From: an uncultured Verrucomicrobiota bacterium
GTDB taxonomy: Bacteria; Verrucomicrobiota; Kiritimatiellia; CAIVKH01
Length of the DNA stretch: 32,000 bases
Direction: 5' to 3'
NCBI GenBank assembly: GCA_937996795.1
Contig: CALKUH010000038.1
Span: forward strand, 92,226 to 124,225
The position numbers and the translations under genes were made by a program. This document shows, piece after piece, positions 1 through 8,579 of the stretch. The notes beneath the pieces were generated by a model, which was given only the letters and a program-made list of their open reading frames with translations, was not told the DNA's origin and searched no databases. Each line of letters starts with the position of its first letter. Position 1 is the first letter of the stretch.

Positions 1-849
1 GCGGACAGCGGCAGCGTGCTGTTCGAGGGCGAGGACGCCACACAGCGGAGCGCGCGCGACCGGCGCGTCGGGTTCGTGTTCCAGCACTACGCCCTCTTCC
101 GCCACATGACGGTGTTCGACAACGTCGCGTTCGGGCTGCGGGTGAAGCCGCGCGCCATCCGCCCGTCCGAGGCGGAAATCCGCGAGCGCGTGATGAAGCT
201 GCTCGGCCTCGTGCAACTCGACTGGCTCGCCGACCGCCTCCCCTCGCAGCTCTCCGGCGGCCAGCGCCAGCGCGTCGCCCTCGCCCGCGCGCTCGCGGTG
301 GAACCCAAGGTGCTCCTGCTCGACGAACCGTTCGGCGCGCTGGACGCGAAGGTCCGGAAGGAACTGCGCCGCTGGCTCCGCCGCCTGCACGACGAAATCC
401 ATGTGACCAGCCTGTTCGTGACGCACGACGTCGAGGAGGCGCTGGAGGTTTCGGACCAGGTCGTCGTGATGAACAACGCCCGGATCGAACAAATCGGCAC
501 GCCGGACGAGGTCTACGAACACCCCGCCTCCCCGTTCGTGTACGACTTCCTCGGCAGCACGAACCGGTTCACCGCCGCGCCCCGGGACGGCGCCGTCGCC
601 TTTTCGCGACCGCACGACATCGAAATCAGCCGCAGCCGCGACCACGCGGACGCCATCCCCGCGCGCGTCACCCACCTGCACGCCATCGGCCCGATCGTCC
701 GCGTGGAGCTGTCCGACATCGCCAGCGGCCAGCCCATCGAGGCGGAACTCTCCAAACAGCGCTTCCGCGAACTCGCCCTGCGCGAAGGCGAAACCGTCCA
801 TGTCCACACCCGAAACGCGCGCGTTTTCGTGGAGGACTATTCGATCTAA
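1..849 (+). CDS. cysA: Sulfate/thiosulfate ABC transporter ATP-binding protein CysA, 5' partial (continues upstream of window)
   Basis: The frame is open from base 1 and Walker A is absent, so the N-terminus lies upstream of the window. Translation shows [19 protein letters not shown], the ABC signature LSGGQRQR, Walker B LLLDEPF, H-loop THD and a CysA-type C-terminal regulatory domain. Stop at 847-849. Confidence 0.9.
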   Translation, partial: ADSGSVLFEGEDATQRSARDRRVGFVFQHYALFRHMTVFDNVAFGLRVKPRAIRPSEAEIRERVMKLLGLVQLDWLADRLPSQLSGGQRQRVALARALAVEPKVLLLDEPFGALDAKVRKELRRWLRRLHDEIHVTSLFVTHDVEEALEVSDQVVVMNNARIEQIGTPDEVYEHPASPFVYDFLGSTNRFTAAPRDGAVAFSRPHDIEISRSRDHADAIPARVTHLHAIGPIVRVELSDIASGQPIEAELSKQRFRELALREGETVHVHTRNARVFVEDYSI

Positions 850-959
850 ACGCGACAAAAAATTCTGGCAATCTTCAGCAAATGGCGGAGAATACCAACC
901 ATCTCGATCTGTTTAGTTTGGATTTTCAAAGGTAACGACAGGTTCAAAGGAGCACGCAC

Positions 960-1919
<960 letters not shown>

Positions 1920-1929
1920 GGTGCATGTG

Positions 1930-1951
1930 GCCGCCCTCCACACGGGGCGGC
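1930..1951. terminator. GC hairpin in the convergent cysK/tlyC-like junction
   Basis: GCCGCCC (1930-1936) pairs with GGGCGGC (1945-1951) across an 8-nt loop. It lies between two stop codons (1919 and 1971). No clear U-tract. Confidence 0.4.
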
Positions 1952-1970
1952 TACAGGTTCGGCGTGCGGT

Positions 1971-3311
1971 TCAGATCGCGTCGCCCGACGGTTCGGCCGG
2001 CGGCGTCGCGGTGGTGGGCCGCTTGCTGATGAGCACCTTGTCGATGCGGTGCAGGTCCATGTCGAGGACTTCGAACTCGAACAGCCCATACTCCGTGCGC
2101 TCGCCCTCTCGCGGCACATGGCCGAACTGCTTGACGAGGAAGCCCGCCAGCGTCTGGTAATCGCGCTCCTCCACGGGGTCGGCGTGGAACTCCGGCAGCT
2201 TCTCCTCCACGCGTTCGATGTCCACCAGCGCGTCGGCCAGCCAGGTGCCGTCGCTGCGCAGGCGCAGATCCGGACGCGAGCGATCGTCCGGCTTTTGCAG
2301 GTCGCCCAGCACCGATTCCATCACATCGATCAGCGTCACCAACCCGGAGATGCCGCCGAACTCGTCGGCCACGAGGGCCGCGTGGTGGCCGGTCTGGCGG
2401 AAGGCCTCCAGCAACTTCAGCACCGGCTGGCTCTCCGGCACGATGAACGGCTTGGTCATCAAGTCCGCCACGTTCACCGGCGCGCCCGCCGCGAGGTTCG
2501 CATAGAGCGCCTTCACCGAAAGCAGGCCGACCACATTGTCGCGCGAATGCTCGTACACCGGGAACTGCGAGTGGCGGCTGACGACGATCTTGTGCCAGAT
2601 GAGCTCGTGCGAATCGGCCTTGTTGATCCAGATGATCTGCGGGCGCGGCGTCATGATGTCGCGCACGATGAGGTTGTCCAGGTCGAGCACGTTCGAGACG
2701 ATTTCACTTTCGACGCGATGGAAGGCCCCGGCGCGCAACCCCTCCTGCATCAGGCCGCGCACCTCGTCGTCCGTGACCGACTCCTTCGCGTCCGTTTTCA
2801 CCGGCATCAGGTTCAACACCGCATCCGTGCTCCAGCCCAGCACGCGGACCAGCGGATGCGCCAGCCGCGAGAGCGCGAGCATCGGGCGGGCCATCAGGCA
2901 CGACATCGCCTCCGCGTAGGCCATGCCGATCCGTTTCGGCACCAGCTCGCCCACGATCAGCGACAGGAACGTAATCCCGGAGACCACCAGGGTGAGCGCG
3001 ATTTCCTCGGCATACAGCGACACGCCGGGAATCCGCGCGAACGGCACCGCGAGATCCTCCGCCAACCGGGCGCCGCCATACACCCCGGCCACCACGCCGA
3101 CCAGCGTGATGCCGATCTGCACCGTGCTCAGGAACCGGTTGGGATTGTCCGCCAGCTCCAGCGCCGCCCGCGCCCGCGGGTCCCCGGCATCCGCCCGCTG
3201 GCGCAACCGCTCGCGCCGGACGGACACCATTGCGATCTCCGTCATCGCAAAGATGCCGTTGATCATCAGCAGCAGGAAAACAATGCCAATTTCAAAAATC
3301 GTCTCGTTCAT
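1971..3311 (-). CDS. CNNM/TlyC/CorC-family membrane protein (DUF21 TM domain + CBS pair + CorC_HlyC domain)
   Basis: The ORF runs to 3398, but the typical family N-terminus MNETIFEIGIVFLLLMINGIFAMTEIA starts at the ATG at 3311. Hydrophobic N-terminal third, then a CBS-pair region (IMTPR..), then a C-terminal transporter-associated domain. Confidence 0.85.
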   Translation of the reverse strand: MNETIFEIGIVFLLLMINGIFAMTEIAMVSVRRERLRQRADAGDPRARAALELADNPNRFLSTVQIGITLVGVVAGVYGGARLAEDLAVPFARIPGVSLYAEEIALTLVVSGITFLSLIVGELVPKRIGMAYAEAMSCLMARPMLALSRLAHPLVRVLGWSTDAVLNLMPVKTDAKESVTDDEVRGLMQEGLRAGAFHRVESEIVSNVLDLDNLIVRDIMTPRPQIIWINKADSHELIWHKIVVSRHSQFPVYEHSRDNVVGLLSVKALYANLAAGAPVNVADLMTKPFIVPESQPVLKLLEAFRQTGHHAALVADEFGGISGLVTLIDVMESVLGDLQKPDDRSRPDLRLRSDGTWLADALVDIERVEEKLPEFHADPVEERDYQTLAGFLVKQFGHVPREGERTEYGLFEFEVLDMDLHRIDKVLISKRPTTATPPAEPSGDAI

Positions 3312-3409
3312 CGCGCCGGACAATATACGCGATACCCGCCCACCGCCAGCTTCCATACGCGTGTATTGTGCGCTTGTCAGCGGCGCGGGACATTGCAATC
3401 GTTACCGGA

Positions 3410-3850
3410 ATGATTTCAAACCGTTGCCATTACGCGCTTCGCGCCATGCTGGAACTGGCCCTCCGTGAGGGCCGCGGCCCGGTCACCATCGCGGAAATCG
3501 CGTCGGCTCAGCGCATCCCCGTCCGCTTCCTCGAAGCCATCATGCGCCAGCTCAAGCAGGCCGGCCTCGCGGAATCCGCGCGCGGCAAGGAGGGCGGCTA
3601 CTACCTCACGCGCCCCGCCGGGTCCATCCACGCCGGCGAAATCGTCGCCCTCTTCACCGGCCCCCTCTTCGCCAACCCGGACCAACGCGGCCCCAACCGG
3701 AGCGCCGACGAGGAACCAGACGTGTTTGCCTCGCTCTGGCGCGAAGCCGACAGCGCCGTCGCCTCCGTCTTCGAGCGCCACACCCTCGCCTCCCTCGTCG
3801 AGCAGGAACTGCAGCGGCGATACACAACCGCCTCCAATTACACGATTTAG
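3410..3850 (+). CDS. Rrf2-family transcriptional regulator (CymR/IscR-like, lacking cluster-ligand cysteines)
   Basis: Start chosen at MISNRCHYALRAMLELA, the canonical Rrf2 N-terminus. Winged helix with RFLEAIMRQLKQAGL and GGYYL. There is only one Cys in the whole protein. Confidence 0.85.
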   Translation: MISNRCHYALRAMLELALREGRGPVTIAEIASAQRIPVRFLEAIMRQLKQAGLAESARGKEGGYYLTRPAGSIHAGEIVALFTGPLFANPDQRGPNRSADEEPDVFASLWREADSAVASVFERHTLASLVEQELQRRYTTASNYTI

Positions 3851-3919
3851 CTATATATCCATCGACAGCGTAATTTTCTCTTTATTTTTCCGATTATCCC
3901 GATAGATTTAGTAGCCATT

Positions 3920-4636
3920 GTGAAAAACGACTGGACCAACGTAGATCTGAACGACCCGAAAGCGGTGCTGGCGCGAGCGCTGGAGCTGTACCACCCACGC
4001 ATTGCGCTGGCGTCGAGTTTCAGCCTGGAGGACGCGGTGGTCCTCGACCTGCTGATGAGCCTGCGCAAGGACGCGCGCGTCTTCGCGCTGGATACGGGCC
4101 GGCTGAACCCGGAAACCTACGAGTGCGCGGAGGATCTGCGCCGCCGCTATGGCGTCCAGATCGAGTGGTATTTCCCGAAACACGACGCGGTCGAATCCTT
4201 GGAACGCAGCAAGGGGCTGTTCTCCTTTAAAGAGAGCGTCGAGAACCGGAAGGAATGCTGCGGCATCCGCAAAGTCGAGCCGCTGAACCGCGCCCTGTCA
4301 GGCCTGGACGCGTGGATCACCGGGCTGCGCCGCGAACAGAGCGTCACCCGCACGGACCTGGCCGCGGTGGAGACGGACGCCGCGCACGGCGGCATCGCCA
4401 AGATCAATCCGCTCGCCGGCTGGACGTTGAGCGACACCTGGGCCTACGCCCGCGAGAAGCGCATCCCCTACAACCGGCTTTACGACATCGGCTACACCTC
4501 CATCGGCTGCGCCCCCTGCACCCGCGCCATCGAACCGGGCGAGGACCAGCGCGCGGGCCGCTGGTGGTGGGAAAACCCCGAACACAAGGAGTGCGGACTG
4601 CACCTGAACATGCGGTCGTGGAATCCCACCATTTAG
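3920..4636 (+). CDS. cysH: Adenylylsulfate (APS)/PAPS reductase, thioredoxin-dependent, Fe-S type
   Basis: GTG start. Carries the ECCGIRKVEP (Cys-Cys) and GCAPCT (CxxC) cluster motifs together with the C-terminal KECGLH catalytic motif. The Cys pairs are the hallmark of assimilatory APS reductases. Confidence 0.88.
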   Translation: MKNDWTNVDLNDPKAVLARALELYHPRIALASSFSLEDAVVLDLLMSLRKDARVFALDTGRLNPETYECAEDLRRRYGVQIEWYFPKHDAVESLERSKGLFSFKESVENRKECCGIRKVEPLNRALSGLDAWITGLRREQSVTRTDLAAVETDAAHGGIAKINPLAGWTLSDTWAYAREKRIPYNRLYDIGYTSIGCAPCTRAIEPGEDQRAGRWWWENPEHKECGLHLNMRSWNPTI

Positions 4637-4637
4637 G

Positions 4638-4656
4638 ATGACGATGGGTTCGTCAT
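4638..4656 (+). terminator. Small hairpin just after the cysH stop
   Basis: ATGACGA (4638-4644) pairs with TCGTCAT (4650-4656) across the loop TGGGT, followed by TCTTCC. This is a weak terminator or attenuator candidate. Confidence 0.3.
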
Positions 4657-4658
4657 TC

Positions 4659-4723
4659 TTCCAACGTCTGAAAAAATGTTTTATCCCGTTTGCAACGTCT
4701 GTAATTTGCAGGGCCTGTTAAAG
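4659..4723 (+). promoter_or_regulatory. Conserved upstream module with two direct repeats, TTCCAACGTCTG and TTGCAACGTCTGTAA, 31 nt apart (copy 1, upstream of cysD)
   Basis: Repeats at 4659-4673 and 4690-4704. The whole ~65 nt aligns with the reverse complement of 23901-23966. It ends 3 nt before the cysD ATG. Confidence 0.4.
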
Positions 4724-4725
4724 AC

Positions 4726-5625
4726 ATGAATTACCGGTTATCTCATCTCGAAGCACTGGAGGCGGAGTCGATCTTCATCCTGCGCGAGGTCGCGGCGGAG
4801 TTCCAGCGGCCGGTGCTGCTGTTCTCCGGCGGCAAGGATTCGATCTGCATGCTGCGCCTCGCGGAAAAGGCGTTCCGTCCGGCGAAGTTCCCGTTCCCCC
4901 TGATGCACATCGACACGGGGCACAATTTCCCGGAACTGATCGACTTCCGCGACCGCCGCGCGGCACAGCTCGGCGAAAAACTGATCGTGCGCACGGTCGA
5001 GGACGCCATCGCGAAGGGCATCGCGCGCCCGACGCCCGGCGAGTCGAGCCGGAACCGGCTGCAGACCCCCACCCTGCTCGCGGCGATCGAGGAGTTCAAA
5101 TTCGACTGCGCCATCGGCGGCGCGCGGCGCGATGAGGAGAAGGCACGCGCGAAGGAGCGCATCTTCTCGTTCCGCGACGCGTTCGGCCAGTGGGACCCGA
5201 AGAACCAGCGGCCCGAAATCTGGAACCTCTACAACACGCGCATCAACCCCGGCGAACACATGCGCGCGTTCCCGCTCAGCAACTGGACGGAGCTGGACGT
5301 GTGGCAGTACATCGAGCGCGAAAAGCTGGAAATCCCGTCGATCTATTTCAGCCACCGACGCCAGGTCGTCCGCCGCGACGGCCAGTGGCTGCCGGTGAGC
5401 GACCTGCTCGTGCCGAAGCCGAACGAGGAGGTGCGCGAACTCAGCGTGCGCGTCCGCACGATCGGCGACATCTCCTGCACCGGCTGCGTCGAGTCGCCGG
5501 CGGACAACGTGCGCGACATCATCGCGGAAATCGCCGCGGCGAAGGTCACCGAGCGCGGCAGCCGCGCGGATGACAAGCGCTCGGAGACATCGATGGAAGA
5601 CCGGAAGCGCGAGGGGTATTTCTAA
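4726..5625 (+). CDS. cysD: Sulfate adenylyltransferase subunit 2
   Basis: 299 aa. PP-loop LLFSGGKDS and a C-terminal CysD signature. The stop overlaps the cysN start (TAATG). Confidence 0.95.
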   Translation: MNYRLSHLEALEAESIFILREVAAEFQRPVLLFSGGKDSICMLRLAEKAFRPAKFPFPLMHIDTGHNFPELIDFRDRRAAQLGEKLIVRTVEDAIAKGIARPTPGESSRNRLQTPTLLAAIEEFKFDCAIGGARRDEEKARAKERIFSFRDAFGQWDPKNQRPEIWNLYNTRINPGEHMRAFPLSNWTELDVWQYIEREKLEIPSIYFSHRRQVVRRDGQWLPVSDLLVPKPNEEVRELSVRVRTIGDISCTGCVESPADNVRDIIAEIAAAKVTERGSRADDKRSETSMEDRKREGYF

Positions 5626-6941
5626 TGTTCACTCACGCACTCAACGAAAAATCCGAGCTGCTCCGCTTCTCCACGTCCGGCAGCGTGGACGACGGGAAGA
5701 GCACGCTGATCGGGCGCCTGCTGTTCGACACGAAGCTGATTTTCGAGGACACGCTGGAGACGCTGCAGCGGTCGGCGGACATCACGGGCGAGGGCTCGAT
5801 CAACCTCGCGAACCTCACGGACGGCCTGCGCGCGGAGCGCGAACAGGGCATCACCATCGACGTGGCCTACCGCTACTTCGCGACGCCGAACCGGAAGTTC
5901 ATCGTGGCCGACACGCCGGGCCACATCCAGTACACGCGCAACATGATCACCGGCGCATCCACGGCGAACCTGTCGATCATCCTCGTGGACGCGCGGCAGG
6001 GCGTGGTCGAGCAGACGCGGCGGCACGCGTACATCGCGTCGATGCTGCGCATCCCGCATCTTGTCGTCTGCATCAACAAGATGGACCTGGTCGGCTTTTC
6101 GGAGACGGTCTTCCACGAAATCCGCGAGAAGTTCCGCGAATTCGCGACGCGCCTGCACATCCAGGACATCACTTTCATCCCGGTGTCCGCGCTGCTCGGC
6201 GACAACATCGTCGAGCGCTCCACGAACATGCCGTGGTACATGGGCCCGCCGCTGCTGCGCCACCTTGAGGAGGTGTACATCGGCACGGACCTCGACCTGA
6301 GCGACCCGCGCTTCCCGGTGCAGTACGTCGTCCGCCCGCGCGACGACAAGTACCACGATTTCCGAGGCCTCGCGGGCCAGATCACGGGCGGCGTGTTCAA
6401 GGTCGGCGACACGGTGAAGGTGCTGCCCAGCGGCAAGACATCGAGGATCGCCGCGATCCACACCTACGACGGCGAGGTGCAGGAGGCGTTCAACCCGATG
6501 TCGGTGCAGCTGCTGCTGGAGGACGACCTCGACGTGAGCCGCGGCGACATGCTGGTGCGGCCGGACAACCTGCCGTACGTCAGCTCGGATTTCGAGGCGC
6601 GCATCTGTTGGATGAGCGAGGAGCCCCTGCTGCCGAACCGCAAGTATGTGATCCGCCACACGACTCGGATGACCCGCTGCATGGTGCGCGAGATCAAGTC
6701 GCGCTTTAATTTCAGCACGCTGATGCCGGAGCGCCCGGTGCAGCAGCTCGGCCTGAACGACATCGGCCGCATCACGCTCAAGACGATGGTCCCGCTCTGC
6801 TTCGACCCCTACGCGAAGAACCGCTACACGGGCAGTTTCATCCTCGCGGACGAGGCGACCAACGCGACCGTCGCGGCGGGCATGATCCAGGAACCGCAGA
6901 AGTCGGTGCCCGGCACGGACGACGCGGAGTACATTATCTAG
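5625..6941 (+). CDS. cysN: Sulfate adenylyltransferase subunit 1 (GTPase), without a fused APS-kinase domain
   Basis: 438 aa. G1 GSVDDGKST, G3 DTPGH, G4 NKMD. The length is too short to include a CysC domain. Confidence 0.95.
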   Translation: MFTHALNEKSELLRFSTSGSVDDGKSTLIGRLLFDTKLIFEDTLETLQRSADITGEGSINLANLTDGLRAEREQGITIDVAYRYFATPNRKFIVADTPGHIQYTRNMITGASTANLSIILVDARQGVVEQTRRHAYIASMLRIPHLVVCINKMDLVGFSETVFHEIREKFREFATRLHIQDITFIPVSALLGDNIVERSTNMPWYMGPPLLRHLEEVYIGTDLDLSDPRFPVQYVVRPRDDKYHDFRGLAGQITGGVFKVGDTVKVLPSGKTSRIAAIHTYDGEVQEAFNPMSVQLLLEDDLDVSRGDMLVRPDNLPYVSSDFEARICWMSEEPLLPNRKYVIRHTTRMTRCMVREIKSRFNFSTLMPERPVQQLGLNDIGRITLKTMVPLCFDPYAKNRYTGSFILADEATNATVAAGMIQEPQKSVPGTDDAEYII

Positions 6942-6954
6942 GCCGTCGTCCTCG

Positions 6955-7018
6955 TCGTACACGCACTCGTTCACGTTCACGGAACCGGGTACGTGTACGT
7001 GAAGGTGAACGTGTACGA
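6955..7018. repeat. CACGT-rich imperfect palindromic element (family copy 1)
   Basis: TCGTACACG (6955-6963) pairs with CGTGTACGA (7010-7018), and TTCACGT (6970-6976) pairs with ACGTGAA (6997-7003). About 22 of 27 arm positions pair. It shares GTGAACGTGTACG and TCGTACACG with 30868-30937. Confidence 0.6.
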
Positions 7019-7021
7019 ATC

Positions 7022-7711
7022 ATGAGCACAGAACCCAGCACCCCCGCCCCGCTGCCGAAACCCGGCGCACCGCGCTACAAGGCCTTTCCCGTGGCGTGGG
7101 TGGCGACGTGCAGGAAGCTGCTGGTCATCGGCGGCGGCTACGAGACGGACGCGCGGATCCGCCACGCGCTGGGGTTCGACTGGAAACAGATCAGTGTCGT
7201 CGCGCGGTCGCTGACGCCGTCCCTGCTGGCCTTTGCGCGGGCCGACCTGCGGATCAGCCTGCACGAGCGCGAGGCGCTGGAGGATGACGTGGCCTACGCG
7301 GATTTTGTATTCGAGGACAGCGGCGATCCGTTCGCCGCCCTGCGCATCCGGGACTGGTGCGAGCGCCATCACAAGCCGTTGAACGCGTGCGACAAGCCGG
7401 ATTTGTGCGATTTGTTCTATGTCTCCCTCGTGCCGGTGGGCCCGATGATCCTCGGCATCAGCAGCGGCGGCGACGCCCCGGCGGTATCGGCGGCCCTGCG
7501 CCGCTGGCTCGAGCAGCAGGTCGGGCCGGGCTGGGCCATGGCCGCCCGCGTGATGGCCGATTTGCGCCGCTCGCTGCCCGGTGGACAGGCGCGGATGGCT
7601 GTGCTAAAAAACATCGCTCGGCATCCGTCGTTTGAACGCCTCGCGGTGGACAACGATGAAGCCGGATTGCGCACGCTTATTGAAGATGAACTTCGTCGGA
7701 TGCCAGCTTGA
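7022..7711 (+). CDS. Siroheme synthase N-terminal-domain protein (precorrin-2 dehydrogenase / sirohydrochlorin ferrochelatase, CysG-N/SirC/Met8 type)
   Basis: 229 aa. NAD fold LLVIGGG, later N.CD.P and ISSGGDAP motifs that match the E. coli CysG N-terminal half as recalled from memory. Confidence 0.8.
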   Translation: MSTEPSTPAPLPKPGAPRYKAFPVAWVATCRKLLVIGGGYETDARIRHALGFDWKQISVVARSLTPSLLAFARADLRISLHEREALEDDVAYADFVFEDSGDPFAALRIRDWCERHHKPLNACDKPDLCDLFYVSLVPVGPMILGISSGGDAPAVSAALRRWLEQQVGPGWAMAARVMADLRRSLPGGQARMAVLKNIARHPSFERLAVDNDEAGLRTLIEDELRRMPA

Positions 7712-8579
7712 ATTGAAGACGCCCCACGAGCGGGAGCGGATTGTGGAAGACTTGCGCCGCTCGGCGACCCCGATGCTGGTGCTCAACACCTGCCAGCGTC
7801 TGGAGACGTTCGGGTTCAACATCCCGACGATCGATTCCGCCGAGCTGCTGCAAACCTGGAATGCGCGGGAGGCCTTTGAACGGCTCGCCCGCATCGCCGC
7901 CGGGCTCGAAAGCCGCATCCTCGGCGAACTCGAGGTGATCGGCCAGGTGCGCACCGCCTACAAGGAGTTCCGCGCGAACGGTGGCTCCGGGCTCCACACG
8001 CTGGACCGCATTTTCCAGGATGCCCTTGCGCTCGCGCGCGCGGCGCGGCGGGAAAGCGGCATCGACCAGAACCTCACCTCGCTCAGCGGGCTGGCGGCGC
8101 GCGCGCTGCTGGACCGCGTCCCGGCAGGCGCCCACCTCGCGGTGGTCGGCGCGGGCTCGCTGGCGGCGAGCACGGCGCGCTACCTCACGAAACGCGGAAA
8201 CTGCCCGCTGCGGGTCGCGAGCCGCTGCCCGGAAAACGCCGTGACGCTTGCGGTCGAGCTCGGCGGATTCGGCACCGGCCTCGATGAACTGGCCCACCTC
8301 TTCCACGGCGTCAGCGGCGTGATCACCGCCACCGCGGCCCCGCACGCGCTTGTCTTCCCGCACCACCTGGAAAACGCCGCGCGGCCGCTGGTGATTGTGG
8401 ACATGGGCGTGCCGGCGGATTGCAGCCCCGACGTCGCCAAACTGCCCGGCGTCACGTACATCGGACTCGGCGAAATCGAGGCCAAGGCCCAGTACAACTC
8501 GGACGAACGGCGCCAGCGCGCCGCCACGGCCGCCCGCATCATCCACGACGGAGCCCAGGCGTGGTCGCCCCGCGCTTGA
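7686..8579 (+). CDS. hemA: Glutamyl-tRNA reductase, short form (no C-terminal dimerisation domain)
   Basis: Catalytic-Cys motif LNTCQRLE, GELEVIGQVR, NADPH-binding VVGAGSLA. Start chosen at the ATG at 7686 (MNFVGCQLELKTPHERE). In-frame ATGs at 7632 and 7656 are also possible. Overlaps the upstream gene by 26 nt. Confidence 0.78.
   Translation: MNFVGCQLELKTPHERERIVEDLRRSATPMLVLNTCQRLETFGFNIPTIDSAELLQTWNAREAFERLARIAAGLESRILGELEVIGQVRTAYKEFRANGGSGLHTLDRIFQDALALARAARRESGIDQNLTSLSGLAARALLDRVPAGAHLAVVGAGSLAASTARYLTKRGNCPLRVASRCPENAVTLAVELGGFGTGLDELAHLFHGVSGVITATAAPHALVFPHHLENAARPLVIVDMGVPADCSPDVAKLPGVTYIGLGEIEAKAQYNSDERRQRAATAARIIHDGAQAWSPRA

Noticed and set aside
866-880. Sigma-54-like TGGCAA...GCA upstream of cysK
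   Set aside because: GG and GC are separated by 9 nt rather than the strictly required 10.
6955-7018. The CACGT-rich, TAACCACGAAA and CTGTAG repeats as CRISPR arrays
   Set aside because: They are single or paired inverted copies with no regular repeat-spacer periodicity, and there are no cas genes in the window.
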